From Paraspadella gotoi (Eukaryota > Animalia > Chaetognatha): a DNA stretch of 64,000 bases. A program made the position numbers and the translations under genes. The stretch covers positions 15,870,081-15,934,080 of the forward strand of contig CM119270.1 in NCBI GenBank assembly GCA_051294375.1, written 5' to 3'. A model generated the notes under the pieces. It saw nothing but the letters and a program-made list of their open reading frames with translations, did not search any database and was not told the origin of the DNA. Shown here in pieces: positions 40,229 through 54,800 of this stretch (within the stretch, counting starts at the first letter, position 1; the number at the start of each line of letters is the position of its first letter).

Positions 40229-42574
40229 TTTGCCTTTTTCTTTATTTCCTCTTTCACGACGTTGACATATGCGGTCAAGGAACGCTCATTTTTTTCCCCA
40301 AAATCCATTTATGAATTGATAAATTTAACTTATGTTTTTCTCCCTCGTCGCCTTGTAATGGTGGTTCGTCGTCGTCGTTCGTCGTCGTTGTGTCGTCGTC
40401 TTAACCGTTGTTGCGTTGCTCGTTTTGTCCGCGCGACGTGAACGTCACACGACAACGCATTGCACGACATCGCTTTCTCTGTGCTTTCTCTTGTGACCAT
40501 TTATTCACGCTTAGGATTCCTGCTTTTCGTTTCCTACAGATCATTAAAATAAATGACAGGACCAAAAAAAGAAGAGTATTTAATGTTGTTGCAGGTTACG
40601 TCCTTCTCTTGTGATGTGGGAACTACGATAGAGTGCGGTTGTCGTCGCTATCGGTCGTCCTGTCGGTCTTATGATGTCGTTTTCTGGCTCTGTCGTGGCT
40701 CATATGGTACGAAGTTACTATGTTGTCGTTTTTTTAAAGTTTCGCTCTTTTGTCGCGAGTGTGACGTGTGGGTCATCTTCTTCGTCGTCGTCGTCGTCGT
40801 CGGTCGTCGTCGTCGTTGCTGCAGGCGACATCATCGTCTTCCTACCCGTCTTCTCCCCCCCTCTCCTCTGATTTAATCCTAGATCATATTCTTTTTGCAT
40901 TTTTCGCGCCATCGCAAATATCGATAACATATATCAAAAAAAACGATTTCCGCCCCCGCAGTTTGCCACGTGCGTCGAGCCCCTTCCAACGCCCTATTTC
41001 GTATCTGACGATTCGTCGAGTCGTCGTCGACTGTACGGGCGTCAATTACACTGTCCGTCGAGCGCGGGGACGCGTTGACGTCATACGCTTCATTGTTTTT
41101 CCGCCGCGCGCTATGTGTATCGCTCCTTTCTCACCTAGCAGATCTCGTCTCTTTCGCCTTCTTTAGCGAGCCATAGAGAGGTGCGATCGTCTTGGCTCAA
41201 AAGATTTTCCTTATTATATATATAATATTTCTTTCCTTTTATGTAGCCAAGTACATGTTATATTAGGCTGACCGTTGCCGCTTAAGGTTCTCTCCATCCT
41301 TTGCTTGTCTTTAAGAATCGGATGCAAATCGTNNNNNNNNNNNNNNNNNNNNNNNNNACAAAAGAAGATAAAACGACGTAAAAAAACTGGGAAATTGTAT
41401 TCGAGAAATCGTTTTTAATCGTGAAGCTAGGTTCGCTAGGTAATAAAAAATATTTCGTTTTCAAATTTGTTTGTTTGTCACTATATTTCTTTTTTTTTTA
41501 AGAAAGGAGACTGTTTTTTAGAAGACTTTTACTTCAAACTTTGAAAAGACCGCGATAACAACGGCGACAACGTCACCAGGATTCAAGATTTAACTTTTCA
41601 AGCTAAAAAAAAATACCAAAAATAAAAATAAATAAAAAACTAAAAAAATTAAAATCCAAAACAGGAGGAAAATTCTTTTAAAAAAAACGTGTGCTCAAGT
41701 GAAGACGAAGAAATAAAAGGAAATTGACTTAAAGTAAATAATAGAATAAAAAAAAAAAAACTTTCCCAATTAATTTTATTTGTTATTTTTGTCCGAGGCG
41801 AATGATCAAAGTTAATTCGAGTTGATCCTCCCAATTTCGCGGATCAAATGTCAATAAAGCGACGAGTGTCTTTTGTTATTTTCTCAGCTGCCTTTGTTTG
41901 TTGTTGTTCTTCTTTTTCAATTGCGAGTCACGAAAATTCAGGGAGTTACTGAGAGATGGCGCTCTCTTGGATCTGGAGTTCGAATCCTCCCTACATGTTA
42001 AACGTTTATTTTTTTTTCTTATCTACTCAGTCAATGATTTATTTATTAATTATTTATTGTTGATTTGTATCTTTGAAAGGGTTTACGACAAAAGAGAAAG
42101 TTAAATTAAAAGTAAAACTGAAAAAGAAAAAAAAAAACGAATAATTTTTCGCGGTTTTCGTTCTTCTNNNNNNNNNNNNNNNNNNNNNNNNNNNNNNNNN
42201 NNNNNNNNNNNNNNNNNNNNNNNNNNNNNNNNNNNNNNNNNNNNNNNNNNNNNNNNNNNNNNNNNNNNNNNNNNNNNNNNNNNNNNNNNNNNNNNNNNNN
42301 NNNNNNNNNNNNNNNNNNNNNNNNNNNNNNNNNNNNNNNNNNNNNNNNNNNNNNNNNNNNNNNNNNNNNNNNNNNNNNNNNNNNNNNNNNNNNNNNNGGG
42401 GGGACATAAAATGCCGGCAAAAAAGTGACAGTTAGGAGTTTGTAGTTTGTGTTAGTCAAGTTAATTAACTTGTTTTTTTGAATTCTCAATAAAAAAAAGC
42501 CAGTGCATAAATTTCAAAATAAACATTAAAGAAAGCCTTTTCAAAAACTCATTTTTTTTAGCCAAACGCAAGTG

Positions 42575-43363
42575 AGTAGGATAGAGAAAAGATAATAATC
42601 AGGGTGAGAATAGGAAGGAAAAGAGAGTGAGGGGAAGAAAGGAGAAAGGGAAGGAGGAACATAGGGAAAAAAAAAAGAGAAGAAAACAGGATGGGAGAAA
42701 GGGAAAACGAGGAAGAGAAGAAAAGGTAAAATAAAGAAAAACAAAGGAAAAAAAAACAATTTGAAAAGCAAACGGGATATAAAATTTATTTAGAAGTAAG
42801 TCCAGAAAAGGTAGGGAATTGAGGAAGGTTGCAAAGAAGAAAAAAGAGAAAAAAAGGAACAGAAACAGAAAAAAAAAAGAAAGGTTAAAGAGATTATTAA
42901 AGTGGCAGAAAAGGGTAAATGAGAGAAGGTAAGCGAGAAAAGAAGGGTAAGGGAATGGCCGTTTGGGGCGAGGAGGGAGAAAGCAGGATATAAGGAAAAG
43001 AGACGGTTATTGTTCCACATTTTTTGCAATCTACCTCGTTCTCCTTCTTTTTATATTCCCTTTTTTTTTTTATATTCGCTGTCTAAACAGAAATCTCATC
43101 GCCAAAGACCATAGCCAAACAGCCAATCGCCAACTCGTTCACCCAACAGCAATTACACATTATCAACATTGCCTCCGTCACCTCCATCTCCTTTCTTTCT
43201 TTTCTTTTCTTTTTGTTCGTCAACTTTTCTGCTTCTTTTTTCATTCACTCTTACTTCTTTTTCTTCTCCTCAATGTTTCCATTTCTCCTTTCCACACGCG
43301 AAAATATCGGATGCGTCTCCCGCTCTACTCTCTCTCTCTCTCTCGTTCCGTCTCTCTCGTCCA

Positions 43364-43407
<44 letters not shown>

Positions 43408-46400
43408 ACTCCCCTCCCAAAAATTAGAATGAGAAAGAGTGTTTTTAGCGAAAGCGCCGTAAACCAAGTTACATTTGTCGTTTTTTCTTCTCATCGTACA
43501 AGAAACTACTACGCGTAAAAAAAACCACTCTGGTTGTCATGTCCGTCTATCTGTCTACTGGCCTTCCACATTTCCGCCTCACTCGACCACCGATTCTCCC
43601 CTCTTTCTATCAATCTCCCGATTTACGCCGAAAACGCTTCTTTCCCCTTTTTCTGTGATTTCTTCCGTCAATCTATTTCCTTTTCTCGGCCTTTTTCCTT
43701 TCTTACTTACTTATGCCACACTTGTTCTATTTTATTTTTTCATTTCTCTTCTGCTCTTCTTCTTTTCGCGGTTTTTTTATTTCGTCTTCTTCCTCTACCC
43801 TTTCCCCTTACGTTTTCGGAGGCTCTGTCACCCCCAGAAATACTATCGTCAAGGCGTCCATAGGTTAAATTTACTGCTGGATTTTTATGTAAGTTCCTCG
43901 AGCGTCTTTCTCTCTCATCAACTTTTTCTTTTTTTTCTTTTTTCGTTTCGCTCTCCTCTGATCGCTTCTTCCTCCCTCCTCTCTTTCGCCCCCCAAGTTC
44001 TTCAGTATTCTGTGTCGCGACACGGCCGCGCTTGCCGCTGCTTGCCTCCTGTTGAGAATCAAACCGCCAAGAAAAACCTAAATATATTTGCTGACTTCAA
44101 GTGATTTTTTTTTTCTTCCGTTAATCGGATTGTATTCATTCGTCGAAGTGAAAAGTTCAAAAGGAGCGTAAGGAAGCTGTGAGAACGGACGAAGTTGTAG
44201 GGTGTTCAAAAGATTGAGTTAATACGCGTCACCCTTCGAACCGTGAAGCGGTGATAAGGTTCCAGCAAAGGTGAAAATGTCCTTTAAAGTCTGCTTCCAG
44301 GTTGAAAATAGTTGACCGAGAGAGGAAGCGTTTAACACCGCTTCACAGTTTGAGTGCCTTTCTCGGGGTAGTATTTGCTGGGCGTGCGGCGGGCAGACTA
44401 AATTTCATCGCTGTGATCGTATTTTTTAACACTTTGATGCTTAACTTTACGTTACTATCCTTCAATCTCCTTTAGCGGCCCTCCCATCTTCCCACGCTCT
44501 CCTCCCTTGTTCTACCTCCTTTCCACTTCCTTCCCTGCCTCTCTCCTCCCCGTCTAACCTGAAAAGTAATAAGAAATACACCTCCCCTGCGAGAAGAAGA
44601 GAGAACGACCGAGCGCCAAAAAGTTGGTCGAGGAAGTAAGAGAGCGCGAAAGAGACGCCGACGACGACGACGAAGGCCAGCGCCTCCGTCTCCTGGGCGG
44701 ACGCGGGGGTTGGAAAGAGAGAGGGAAGGGGTGGGTAGAAGGGGGGGTAGGGGAGGCGTTTTGGTTTTTGGGCGAGCCCGAAGATTATCGAATTCGTTTC
44801 CCGCCTCAATTTCTGGCGTGCGTAATCTTCTCTCAATAATTTTCTGGTTCGCATTCCCGGCGCTCAATTCCAATCCGGCTTGAAATTTCGGCATGGGATT
44901 CATCAGCCTGAATCGCGGGCGTGTGCTAATTTTGCTCAAAATTTTTTCACAGTTATCGTCTATTTCAGCATAAAATTCTGAGCCCAGTTATAAAGGAGCC
45001 TATTCGGTCGTATATCCAGCCATCGATTCAATTCAATCCCTGTCAAAAATATTTCGCATACGCCGAAATTTCCACAAAGGCGGTATTCCCAGAGAAATCG
45101 GGCGAAAATAGACTTCTTCGGACCGGCGGATCTAGGATTAGGATTCGTCCACCGGAGAAAGAAAAAGAAAGACAATTTTGTCACCACGTTTTTTCTTTTC
45201 AATTTCACGAATGATGAAAAAGATGTTATTTTACTCGTATTTTCCTACTTTTTGTTTATTTCGGTGTGTTTTTTTCCTTCTGTTTTTTGTTTTAAATTAA
45301 ATCTGTGATAGTAAAAATTAACGAGAAATTATTTAATCGTCTACCACCAAAATGGGCCGTCGTGTGTGGATCGTTGAAAAAAAATACAGACACAAAAACA
45401 GAAAGTGTTCATCGTAACGAAAGTGTTAATTGACATAATCTTCTTTTTTTTCCACCGAATTAAGAGATAATAGAAATGAGGACAGATTTTTTAAAAATTT
45501 TTTATGAAGACTTAATGTTTTTGTCTATATCTTTACTTTTTGGTTCATATTGCTTTTAATTTTTTTTGCATATATTTACAAAATTTCTTATTTTTAAACA
45601 CGGTTTTTTCAACCTCGTTTTATTACACTATCCGTCTCCTATCTCTCTCATCTCCTCTCTCTCTCGCTCTCTCTCTCTCTCTCCCTCTCTCCTCTCTCTC
45701 TCTTCTCTCTCTCTCTCCTCTCAGCTTCTTTGAGTCGTCGTTATCAGGTTTTTTCTGTCGGCTTCTCTGAGATCCGCTCTTAAGTCTTAAGTCTCAGTTA
45801 TTCTTTTTGAGTTGATATCTGAATTCCAAACAACAACAGTGAGAGGAAAAAATGAGTGGCAGATGAGTGGATACAAAGAAAAGAAGATAAGTTATGGACA
45901 GACTAAAATAAAGTGGTCAAAGGCAGGAGATAGTCCTGACAAAGGAAGAGAGATTTGGATCAATACCAATTGGTAAAGTAGAATCAAACTACCAAACAAT
46001 ATAAGAAAAGTTGACAAAGTTAAGGTCAGAATTGGACAAGTCAAGAAAAATGTGGACAAAAAGGAGAAGCGAAAACAGCAGGAGAAGAGATGGGAGGCCA
46101 AGGAAAAGAGTTGCGGTGAAAAAAAATATGTTCGGACAATAATTCGCGAAAGGTGTTTTTGAGGAACGATCATTTAGGCCCACCCCCCCCCCCCCCTTCC
46201 TTCTCTCTCCTCTCTCTCTTCTCATCTCTCTCTCTCTCCTCTTCTCTCTTCTTATTTTTTTTTTCCCCCGTTTTCAGTGAGAAAGGCTCACGTGATCAGC
46301 CCTGCGGCGGTAGGCGGCGACGTTGCGGCGGCGGCACGAAAAAAAAAACCTCAGTCCACGAAGAATAAGAGGCTTTTTTGGAAAGTAGAAAGAAACGAGA

Positions 46401-49400
46401 GAAGATGAAAAAAGGAAATAGTAAAGAGAGGTAGATGCACAGGGTTGAAAAGAGATAGGGAAAAGGTTAAAAGAAAAGGAGGTGAAGAGTATAAATTTTA
46501 AAGAAAGGTGAAAGGAAGGTATAAAAACATAGAGACAGGTTGGGAAATAGGAGAAAGTTAAAGAAAAAGAAGAGTAGAAATTTAAGAAAGTTATAGGTAA
46601 AGGTTAAAATCAATAAAGAGAGAGAGGTTGCAGAACTCAGAAAAGGAAACGATAATGAGTCTCCAGTACAACAGGTGAAAAGACTCGTAGGTATATGAAG
46701 AGCAACATGTGATTGAAGTAATATTTAAAACTAATAAATTATAAAAATAAAGTATTAGTAAAAAAGTAGTAAAGTTGTAAAAAAAAAGTAAAGAAAAAAC
46801 CCCCAAAAAAAGTTACGAAGCCGAATGAGACTCGGAGAGGAAAAACGGAAGGGGGGAAAAAGTTCTAAAGAAAAAAGTTACTTTGGCAAAACGCAAAAGA
46901 GTCCGTAAATCACGAGGGAAATTCATACAGAAAAAAGACAAAAAAGAAAATCGGAAAAATGAGAAAGAGAGGAGTTTAAATCTTGAAGCCCAGAAAAAAC
47001 TGAGAAATTGAAGTTGTCAGAAGAATCTGCTAGACAAAAGAAAGATAAGAAGACGTAAAAAACTGGAGAAATTGAAGTTGTCAGAAGAATTTACTGAGCA
47101 AAAGAGATAAAACGACGTAAAAAAAACTGGGAAATTGAAGTTGTCAGAAGAATTTACTAGACAAAGAAGAGATAAAACGACGTAAAAAAACCTGGGAAAT
47201 TGAAGTTGTCAGAGAGTAATTGCTAGAGCAAAAGAAGGATAAAACGACGTAAAAAACTGGGAAAATTGAAGTTGTCAGAGAGAATTGCTGACAAGAAGAT
47301 AAAACGACGTAAAAAACCTTGGGATTGAAGTTGTCAGAAGAATTGCTAGACAAAAGAAGATAAAACGACGTAAAAAAACTGGAAATTGAAGTTGTCAAAG
47401 AATAGAAAATAACTAAATGAATTGTGCAGATTTACTAGACAAAAGAAGATAAAACAGCGACGTAAAAATACTGGAAATTGATTTCAGAAGAATGTTTTAA
47501 CGTAAACTAAGTCGCTAGGTAAGATAAAAATACTTGATTAATTGTTGTTTGTCAGTAATTTACTGATTTTTAAAGTAAAACGCGAAAACTGGGTTAGTTT
47601 TCAGAAGATTTTTCTTAACTGTTAAAAAGAACCGATAACAACGCACAAGTACAGAAAAACTGTCAGCAAAAAATTGATTTCAAAGAATATAGCCAAAATA
47701 AATAATAACACTAAAAAACTAAAGAAGGCAGAAAATTTTTTTACAGAAAAGAGATCCAAAACGAACGGAAACGGAAATTCTTGTCAGAAAAAAACTGTTC
47801 TGACAAAAGAATGGATATAACGACAGAAATAAACTGGAAATTGAGCTTTAAAGTAATATTACGATAAGATAAAACGACAAAAAAACTAAATTTATTCAGA
47901 TCTTTAATCTGAAGTAGCTAGAATAAGTTTCTTTAAAATTCGTTTGTTTGTCCGAGCGATATTTTTGTTATCAAAAAGTAGAATTTTACGAGACTTTTAT
48001 CAACTTGAAAAACCGGTCACGGGTACGTCCAGATTCGATTTACTTTCAGCACAAATAAATAAAAACAAAAATCAAACAGGGGAATCTAAAAAAAAAATCA
48101 GTGCAGTGAATAAGAATGCTAAATAAAAGATAAACTCCATTATTTATTTATTTGGAGCGAGACAAGTATGAGTTGATTCCCATTTCGTAGTCATAAACGT
48201 GTTTTTATCTTCTCAGCTGCCTTTGTTTGTTGTTGTTCTTCTTTTTCGAATTGCGAGTCACGAAATCAGGAGTTAACGAGAGATGGCGCTCTCTTGGATC
48301 TGGAGTCGAATCCTCCCTACATGTTAAACGTTTATTTTTTTTTTCTTATCTACTCAGTCAATGATTTATTTAATTAATTATTTATTGTTGATTTGTATCT
48401 TGAAAGGGTTTACGAAAAAAAGAGAAAGTTAAATTAAAAAAGTAAAACTGAAAAAGAAAAAAAATAAGAAATAATTTTTTCGCGGTTTTCGTTTTCTCTC
48501 TCTAAAAAGTGTAAACAAAGGCGGGGAAAAAGTTCGACTGAATGATAATCTTCGCCCCAAAACAGGTCGGTTCGTCGTCGTCCGTCGTCGTGCGTCGTCG
48601 TCTCGTCGTGTCCCGCGGCCGTCGATGTCATGCAGTCAAGAACCCGGTGATCCGGAGGGAACAGTTTGCCGTTGAGTTGCAATCAACAAAAAAATTCGTT
48701 CGAACAGGCCTGATGCCGATGACAGTTACGCTTCCTTTGACAGATTTCTCGCCTTCAACTCTCGTTTTATAGGTTTATTCTTCGATTTTTTCGCGGTTTT
48801 TTTTGGGGGGACATAAAAATGCCGGCAAAAGTGACAGTTAGGAGTTTGTAAGTTTGTGTTAGTCAAGTTAATTAACTGTGTTTTTTTGAATTCTCAAAAA
48901 AAAACCAGTGGGCATAAATTTCAAAATAACATTAAAGAAAGCCTTTCAAAAAATCATTTTTTTTTGTAGCCAAACGCGAGAAATTTAACGATCCAAATCT
49001 GCCTCGGCTTTTGTGCCTTGGGAGTCGAGATTTCAAGGTCGAGGACACGAAGTCTCGAAGACTTTTTTTCGACTGTTGAATCTTTCGTCGTTTGTCATCC
49101 TATATCGTCGTGTGTCATCGATTATCGTCGTTGTCATCCTTATCGCCCTGTCGTTATACTCGTATTCTTCGTCGTCTTCGTCGCCTTGTACGTTCGATAT
49201 TTTTTTNNNNNNNNNNNNNNNNNNNNNNNNNTTTTTTTTTTTTTTTTTTTGTTAAATCTGAGCTGAATCGAGATTTGATCGGAATTCAGTTCCATTCCAG
49301 TCACGTCGTCGTCGTCATCGTCGTCGTTGTCGTTGTCGTTGTTATCTTTGCAGACGTCATCGCTGTCGCCGCCTTTGTCATTATCTTCGCGAGTGTACTT

Positions 49401-50140
49401 ATCATCTTTTTTGTGAATATCCCTAGTAGCGACACCAGCGGTCCGACGCTACTAAAGATTGATTTGTCAGTCGAATCAGTTTATGTCTTCATCTCAGCTA
49501 AGTTTATTATAGTATTGGCATTGTCGTGATTGCCATTGCCATTGTCTTCGAAACTCATCTTTGTCATCTTCGTCGTCGTCGTCGTCGTTGTCGTCGTCGT
49601 CATCATCGTCTTCTTCTTTGTCATCGTCGTCGCCTTCATCTAATTCCTTCCACTTCTCATTGAATTTTTCTTCCTTTTTTTTTCCTTTTCTTTTATTTCC
49701 TTCTTTCACGACGTTGACATATGCGGTCAAGCGAAGCTCATTTTTCAGTCCATTTATGATTGATAAATAATTAAATTATGTTTTTCCTCGTCGCCTTTAA
49801 TGGTGGTCGTCGTCGTCGTTGTCGTCGTCGTTGTCGTCGTCTTAACCGTTGTCGTTGCTGGTTTTGTTCCCCGCGACTGAACGTCACAACATCCAACAAA
49901 CCCACGAACAGTCGCTCCTTTCTCTTCCTTATTCAAACGCTTAGGATTCCTCCTTTTCCACAAAAAAAAAGAAGGAAAAAAAAAGAAGAGATTAATGTTG
50001 TTGCAGTTACGTCCTCTCGTTGTCGTCGCTATCGTCGTCGTCGTCTTTACTGATGTCGTTTTCTCGTCCGTGGTCATTGGTCGATTCTAGTTGTCGTTTT
50101 TATCGCCTCTTTTGTCGCGATTACGTGTGGGTCATCTTCT

Positions 50141-50174
<34 letters not shown>

Positions 50175-50645
50175 TGCTGCAGGCGACATCATCGTCTTTT
50201 TCCTCACCGTCTTCTTCCCCCCCCCCTCTCCTCTGATTTAATCCTAATATATTTCTTTTCATTTTCGCGCCACGCAAATCGATAACATTATCAAAAAACG
50301 ATTTCCCCCCCCCAGTTTGCCACGTGCGTCGAGCCCCTTCCACGCCCTATTTCGTATCTGACGTCGTCGTCGTCGTCGACGTCGCCGTCAATCAACCCGT
50401 CGAGCCGGGGACGCGTTGACGTCATACGCTTCATTGTTTTTCCCCGCGCGCGTTCGCTCCTTCTCACTTCCGGTCTCTTTCGCCTTCTTTACGAGCCAAG
50501 GAGAACGTGCGATCGTCTGGCTCAAGGATTTTTCTTATTATATATATATATTTCGTTTCCTTTTATGTAGCCAAAGTACATGTATATATTAGGCCTACCC
50601 CCGTTTCTCTCTCCTTTGCTTTCTTTAAGAATCGGATGCAAATCG
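42575..50645 (+). repeat. Direct duplicate of 30700-37440 plus 40230-41332; 41360-42570 is a third copy of about 35480-36770
   Basis: Colinear, indel-rich similarity. Confidence 0.92.
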
Positions 50646-50720
50646 CACGCGATCGAGAGCTCACCTCAACCCTAGTTTTTTTTTTTCGCCTCTGCCTTTT
50701 TTATGACCCGCCCGCTCAAT

Positions 50721-50770
50721 CGCCCCACTTCGCCCCACTTCGCCCCACTTCGCCCCACTTCGCCCCACTT
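50721..50770. repeat. (cgccccactt)x5
   Basis: Five perfect 10-bp units. Confidence 0.95.
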
Positions 50771-50896
50771 CCGGTCTTTCGCCTTCGCCTTCTTTATGAG
50801 TCGAAGCTTCCGTCCTTCGTTTCTCGATAAAACTCGATTTTCTTACTCGCGGAGTTTTGTGTCTCGATTTCTCCAAACGTTCGTGTCACAATGTCA

Positions 50897-51371
50897 CATC
50901 CTTTGATGACAATCGGTTAACTGACGGGCATCCTTTGATGATAATCAGTTAATTGATGGGCACCCTTCGATGATAATCGGTTAATTGATGGCTATCCTTC
51001 GATGATAATTGGTTAATTGCCATGTATCCTTTGATGATAATCAGTTAATTGATGGACATCCTTCGATGATAATTGGTTAATTGATGGCTATCCTTTGATG
51101 ATAATTGGTTAAATGCTGTGTATCCTTTGATGATAATCAGTTAATTGATGGGCACCCTTCGATGATAATTGGTTAATAGATGGCAATCCTTTGATAATAA
51201 TCAGTTAATTGATGGGCATCCTTCGATGATAATCGGTTAAATGATGGCTATCCTTTGATGATAATCGGTTAACTGCCGTGTATCCTTTGATGATAATCGG
51301 TTAATTGAAGGCTATCCTTTGATGATTATCGGTTAACTGCCGTGTATCCTTTGATGATAATCAAAGGATAC
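50897..51371. repeat. 32-bp minisatellite, about 15 copies, ending in a hairpin
   Basis: atcctttgatgataatcggttaattgatgggc; the array ends in gtatcctttgat-gata-atcaaaggatac. Confidence 0.92.
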
Positions 51372-52080
51372 AACCACAGAGACACCGTCCACATACCCCC
51401 TCCCTCCACGCCTCAGCCACGTCGCTTGCTCCCTCGACGCCCTCACAACTGATGGGCGCGCGCGCGATATTCATTGAGGCGTCTCTTCCGCCCACGCCAC
51501 GGTCGTCGTCGTCTTCGTCGTCGTCTCCCGTCATCGCCTCTTTGACCGAAACTTGTGCCCACCTTCCTTCCCGAACTCCTTCTCCCTGTTTACCCGCAGC
51601 TCATCCCTCTCTCCCCCCCCCCCCCAAACAAGATGGCCGCGTCCTCATTCAGGGACGTTCCGTTACCACGTCACGTCCTATCACCACGTCAAGTCTGCAC
51701 CCCCACCACTAGCGCCCCCCCATGAGCGCCCCTCTTTTGTCCTTCGCGGTGATTCTCACGTCTCGGGTTTCGCGTCTCAATACCGTTTCACGTCGTCGTC
51801 GTCGTCGTCGTCGTCGTTGTATTTATTTTATGTTTTTTTCTTGTCGTCAAGGTTTTTGTACTTATTTCATTTTCGTCATGTTGATCTATAATATCTATAA
51901 GATCTATAATATTGCTTTTTTGCGTTTTTTTGGTTTTTGTTTTAAATTCTTGTTTGTTTCGTAATCTGTCTTGTTTCTGTAATAAATGTTAAATTTTTTA
52001 AAATCTTAATTATAGGTGGCAGAGGCAGAAGTTTCAAATCATGAGCATAGACATTAGACATTACATTAGCAGAGAACGAA

Positions 52081-52665
52081 AAAAACAAGTTTGAGTAAAC
52101 AATGTCGGATCTGCCCACAATCATTATCGGTAATTAATTAATTAATTAATTAATTAAATAATTAATTAATAATTAAATAATTAATTAATTAATAATTAAA
52201 TAATTAATTAATTAATAATTAAATAATTAATTAATTAATTAATTTGGTCCAAAATGTTTGTTTTTAGGTCTTTTCATCACTAACCACGACAAAAGCAATG
52301 ATGATGATGAGAATAATGCCGATAACGATTGACTTAATTGATTGACTGATTATTTAATTATTGATATATATTGACTAATTGATTAATTAACTGATTAATT
52401 ATTTAATTAATTAATACATATTGCATTTACATTTAATATAAAAAGAAAAAGAAGCATTGTCAATTAGTGAAACAGGTGTTTTGTTTTTTCCATTTAAACT
52501 CATTTCCACTCAGACGATTCCATCGAAACTTGATTTCCAGTTTAATCACACACGTTTCTACCCAAATACAAAATTTCAGGTCAATCGCCCCATTCACTCA
52601 TTAGCAATTGGTGTTGAAATAGTGGACCGACAAAGTGAATTATAGAGTCGGGAGCTGCTGATAAA
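52081..52665 (-). mobile_element. Short copy of the same HINE family
   Basis: 3' end aacaagtttgagtaaacaatgtcggatctgc at 52084, one internal repeat unit near 52490-52580, and the 5' motif ttatagagtcgggagctgctgataa near 52640-52665. Confidence 0.65.
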
Positions 52666-52970
52666 AACGAGTAAATTTTTTAAACAAGTTTTTACAATTT
52701 GATTAAATTCTTTCGATAATTTTATTGTGTGGCAAACGAGAGAGAAAAAGGATAAGGATTTCGATCGATTTGGCGTCTCGAAGTAAGAGGGCGCGGCTCG
52801 TTCTCCCCCCGCCGAATAAAAATAAGGCAATAAAACAAAAGAAAGTCGAATGATTACGGTTTTAGAAGTTTGCTGGATAAAAGTAAATAACTGTTATCGA
52901 AAGGAAAAAAAAACGGGTTGTGATTAAAAGACCTGATTTTCGACCCGGGAGAGAGAGTCAAGGAAGTTGT

Positions 52971-53085
<115 letters not shown>

Positions 53086-54106
53086 GAGTTGAAAATCGTA
53101 AAAAAATTTAAAAATTAGGTCGCAATACCCTGACACTGTATAGTGTATACAGTATATGTATTAGACCTTGCCATATATGAAAAGTTTTGAAATCAAAAAA
53201 CGAGTATTGTGTAAAAGGTGCCCATACATCATATGAATTTTTTGAACATTTTTTTTCAAAAAAAAATTTACAGTAAATGCTGCCAACTTTGAAAAAAATG
53301 AAAAAAAATGGTAAAAAATGGACTTTTTGCTAAATATCTTTAAAAGCTTTATTGCTAGAGGGACGAAACCCAAACTATCTTGTAGAGTGGAAAAAATTGA
53401 CTATGTTACATACCTCGCATTATAAATTAAGTTAGTATGTATAGTTGTATTGTCTACTACTATATTTCGTGTTTTGATTAACCGAAAAAAGGGTAATGCA
53501 GAATATAAACAATAAACAATATAACAAATATAAACAACTGACTAAGTATTTGACTCCTTTTGATTAAAGACTAAAGAGTTGAAGGAAACTGAGTGATTAG
53601 TTTGTATTTTTAATTCAGTGTTTATTCGGAATTAGTGTTATATTTGTAGGATCCAACCACATATTTAACATAGTTGTCTTCCTAATTTGTATGTTTAATT
53701 TTTCAATTATACTCAGTCAAATTTGTCATATTCATCACTTTTGTCATATTTGGCATTATTTCGGTTGCATAATTATTTTTTTTATCTTTTTACTGATTAG
53801 AAAATAAAGATTTTTTTTGTCTCTTCGACGAAATGTCAAAAAGTTGAAGTTTCTTAATAGCATTCGATCAAGGTGTTATTTTATGCCCAGTGAAAGCATT
53901 GTATGTTATTTGTCATTGAAATGATTATAACTAAAATTCCTCGCATAATATCCTTGGGAAACCTAATCGAATTAATACATAATGCGTGTCCCCTTTTTCC
54001 CCATAGAAATTTCCATTTCTTTGGTTTTCGAAACGATCATTTTCTATGGTTTTTTTTTTACGCCTTGGGGTCCTGACCCAAATGGGGATCAAAAAGTAAA
54101 GGGATC

Positions 54107-54270
54107 GAAAACAAGTTTGAGCAAACAATGTCGGATCTGCCCACAATTATTAGCGGTAATTAATAAATTAATTAGGCAATTAATTAATTAATTAATTTGA
54201 TCCAAAATGTTTGTTTTTAGGTCTTTTGGTAACTAATCACGACCAAAGTAATGACGACGACAATAATGCC
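54107..54270 (-). mobile_element. 3'-end fragment of the same HINE family
   Basis: aaacaagtttgagcaaacaatgtcggatctgcccacaa plus downstream similarity to 52081-52320. Confidence 0.6.
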
Positions 54271-54319
54271 AGATACTTATTAGTTAAGCTAAATTCAAAA
54301 ACTGAAGAGACAGTAATAA

Positions 54320-54471
54320 TTGTTCAACATACTCAGTCCCTGAGCTTCGGATCAGGCTGTAACACCGTAGGTTAAGCGCCCCGTCCCTCTAAACTGCCAG
54401 GCGATCCCAGGGCTCGAACCGCGACCTTTGTGTTGGGAGGCGAATGACAAGCCTCCTTCGACAATGGGCGC
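54320..54471 (-). mobile_element. tRNA-derived SINE-like fragment (tRNA-Gly-like head)
   Basis: Minus strand attcgcctcccaacacaaaggtcgcggttcgagccctgg: a B-box GGTTCGAGCC and an anticodon-arm-like TCGCCTCCCA as in tRNA-Gly(CCC); no intact cloverleaf. 3' bound approximate. Confidence 0.5.
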
Positions 54472-54685
54472 TGACGAAAAGTTGGTGGATTTTAGTCCAC
54501 CATCAAACTATATTTTTTTTTAATTTTTGAAAAAAAACCATCACCAAATATTTTTCATGTACATTATTAACAAAATATAGTTAAAGAAATTAGTATAAAA
54601 CCAAAATAAATGCAGTTAGTAAAAGTTAAAAATAAGCCATCAGGTGTTAATAGTTGCAGTCAGTAGAAGCGAATTAGTATGAAAT

Positions 54686-54800
54686 TCAACATTTTTTAAT
54701 TTCGCAATATTGCCATTGATATCCCATGATGTAACACCAAGGCCTTACTCCACTGCTTGGGTTCCTGCAGTAATTCTCATCAAGACCGGCCAAAGGTTTG
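54686..54800 (-). CDS. Kringle domain second half, terminal exon of an F-type-lectin-like/kringle gene
   Basis: tttcaacag| acceptor; SKPLAGLDENYCRNPSSGVRPWCYIMGYQWQYCEIKKC* contains the kringle signature NYCRNP..PWCY..W.YC.I..C. Confidence 0.93.

Noticed and set aside
50897-51371. CRISPR-like periodicity (also 24598-24870 and 34935-35425)
   Set aside because: Head-to-tail units with no unique spacers, no cas genes and a eukaryotic context.
53120-53460. Possible DNA-transposon termini (ccctgacactg; tattagaccttgccatat)
   Set aside because: No matching opposite end or TSD was found in the window.
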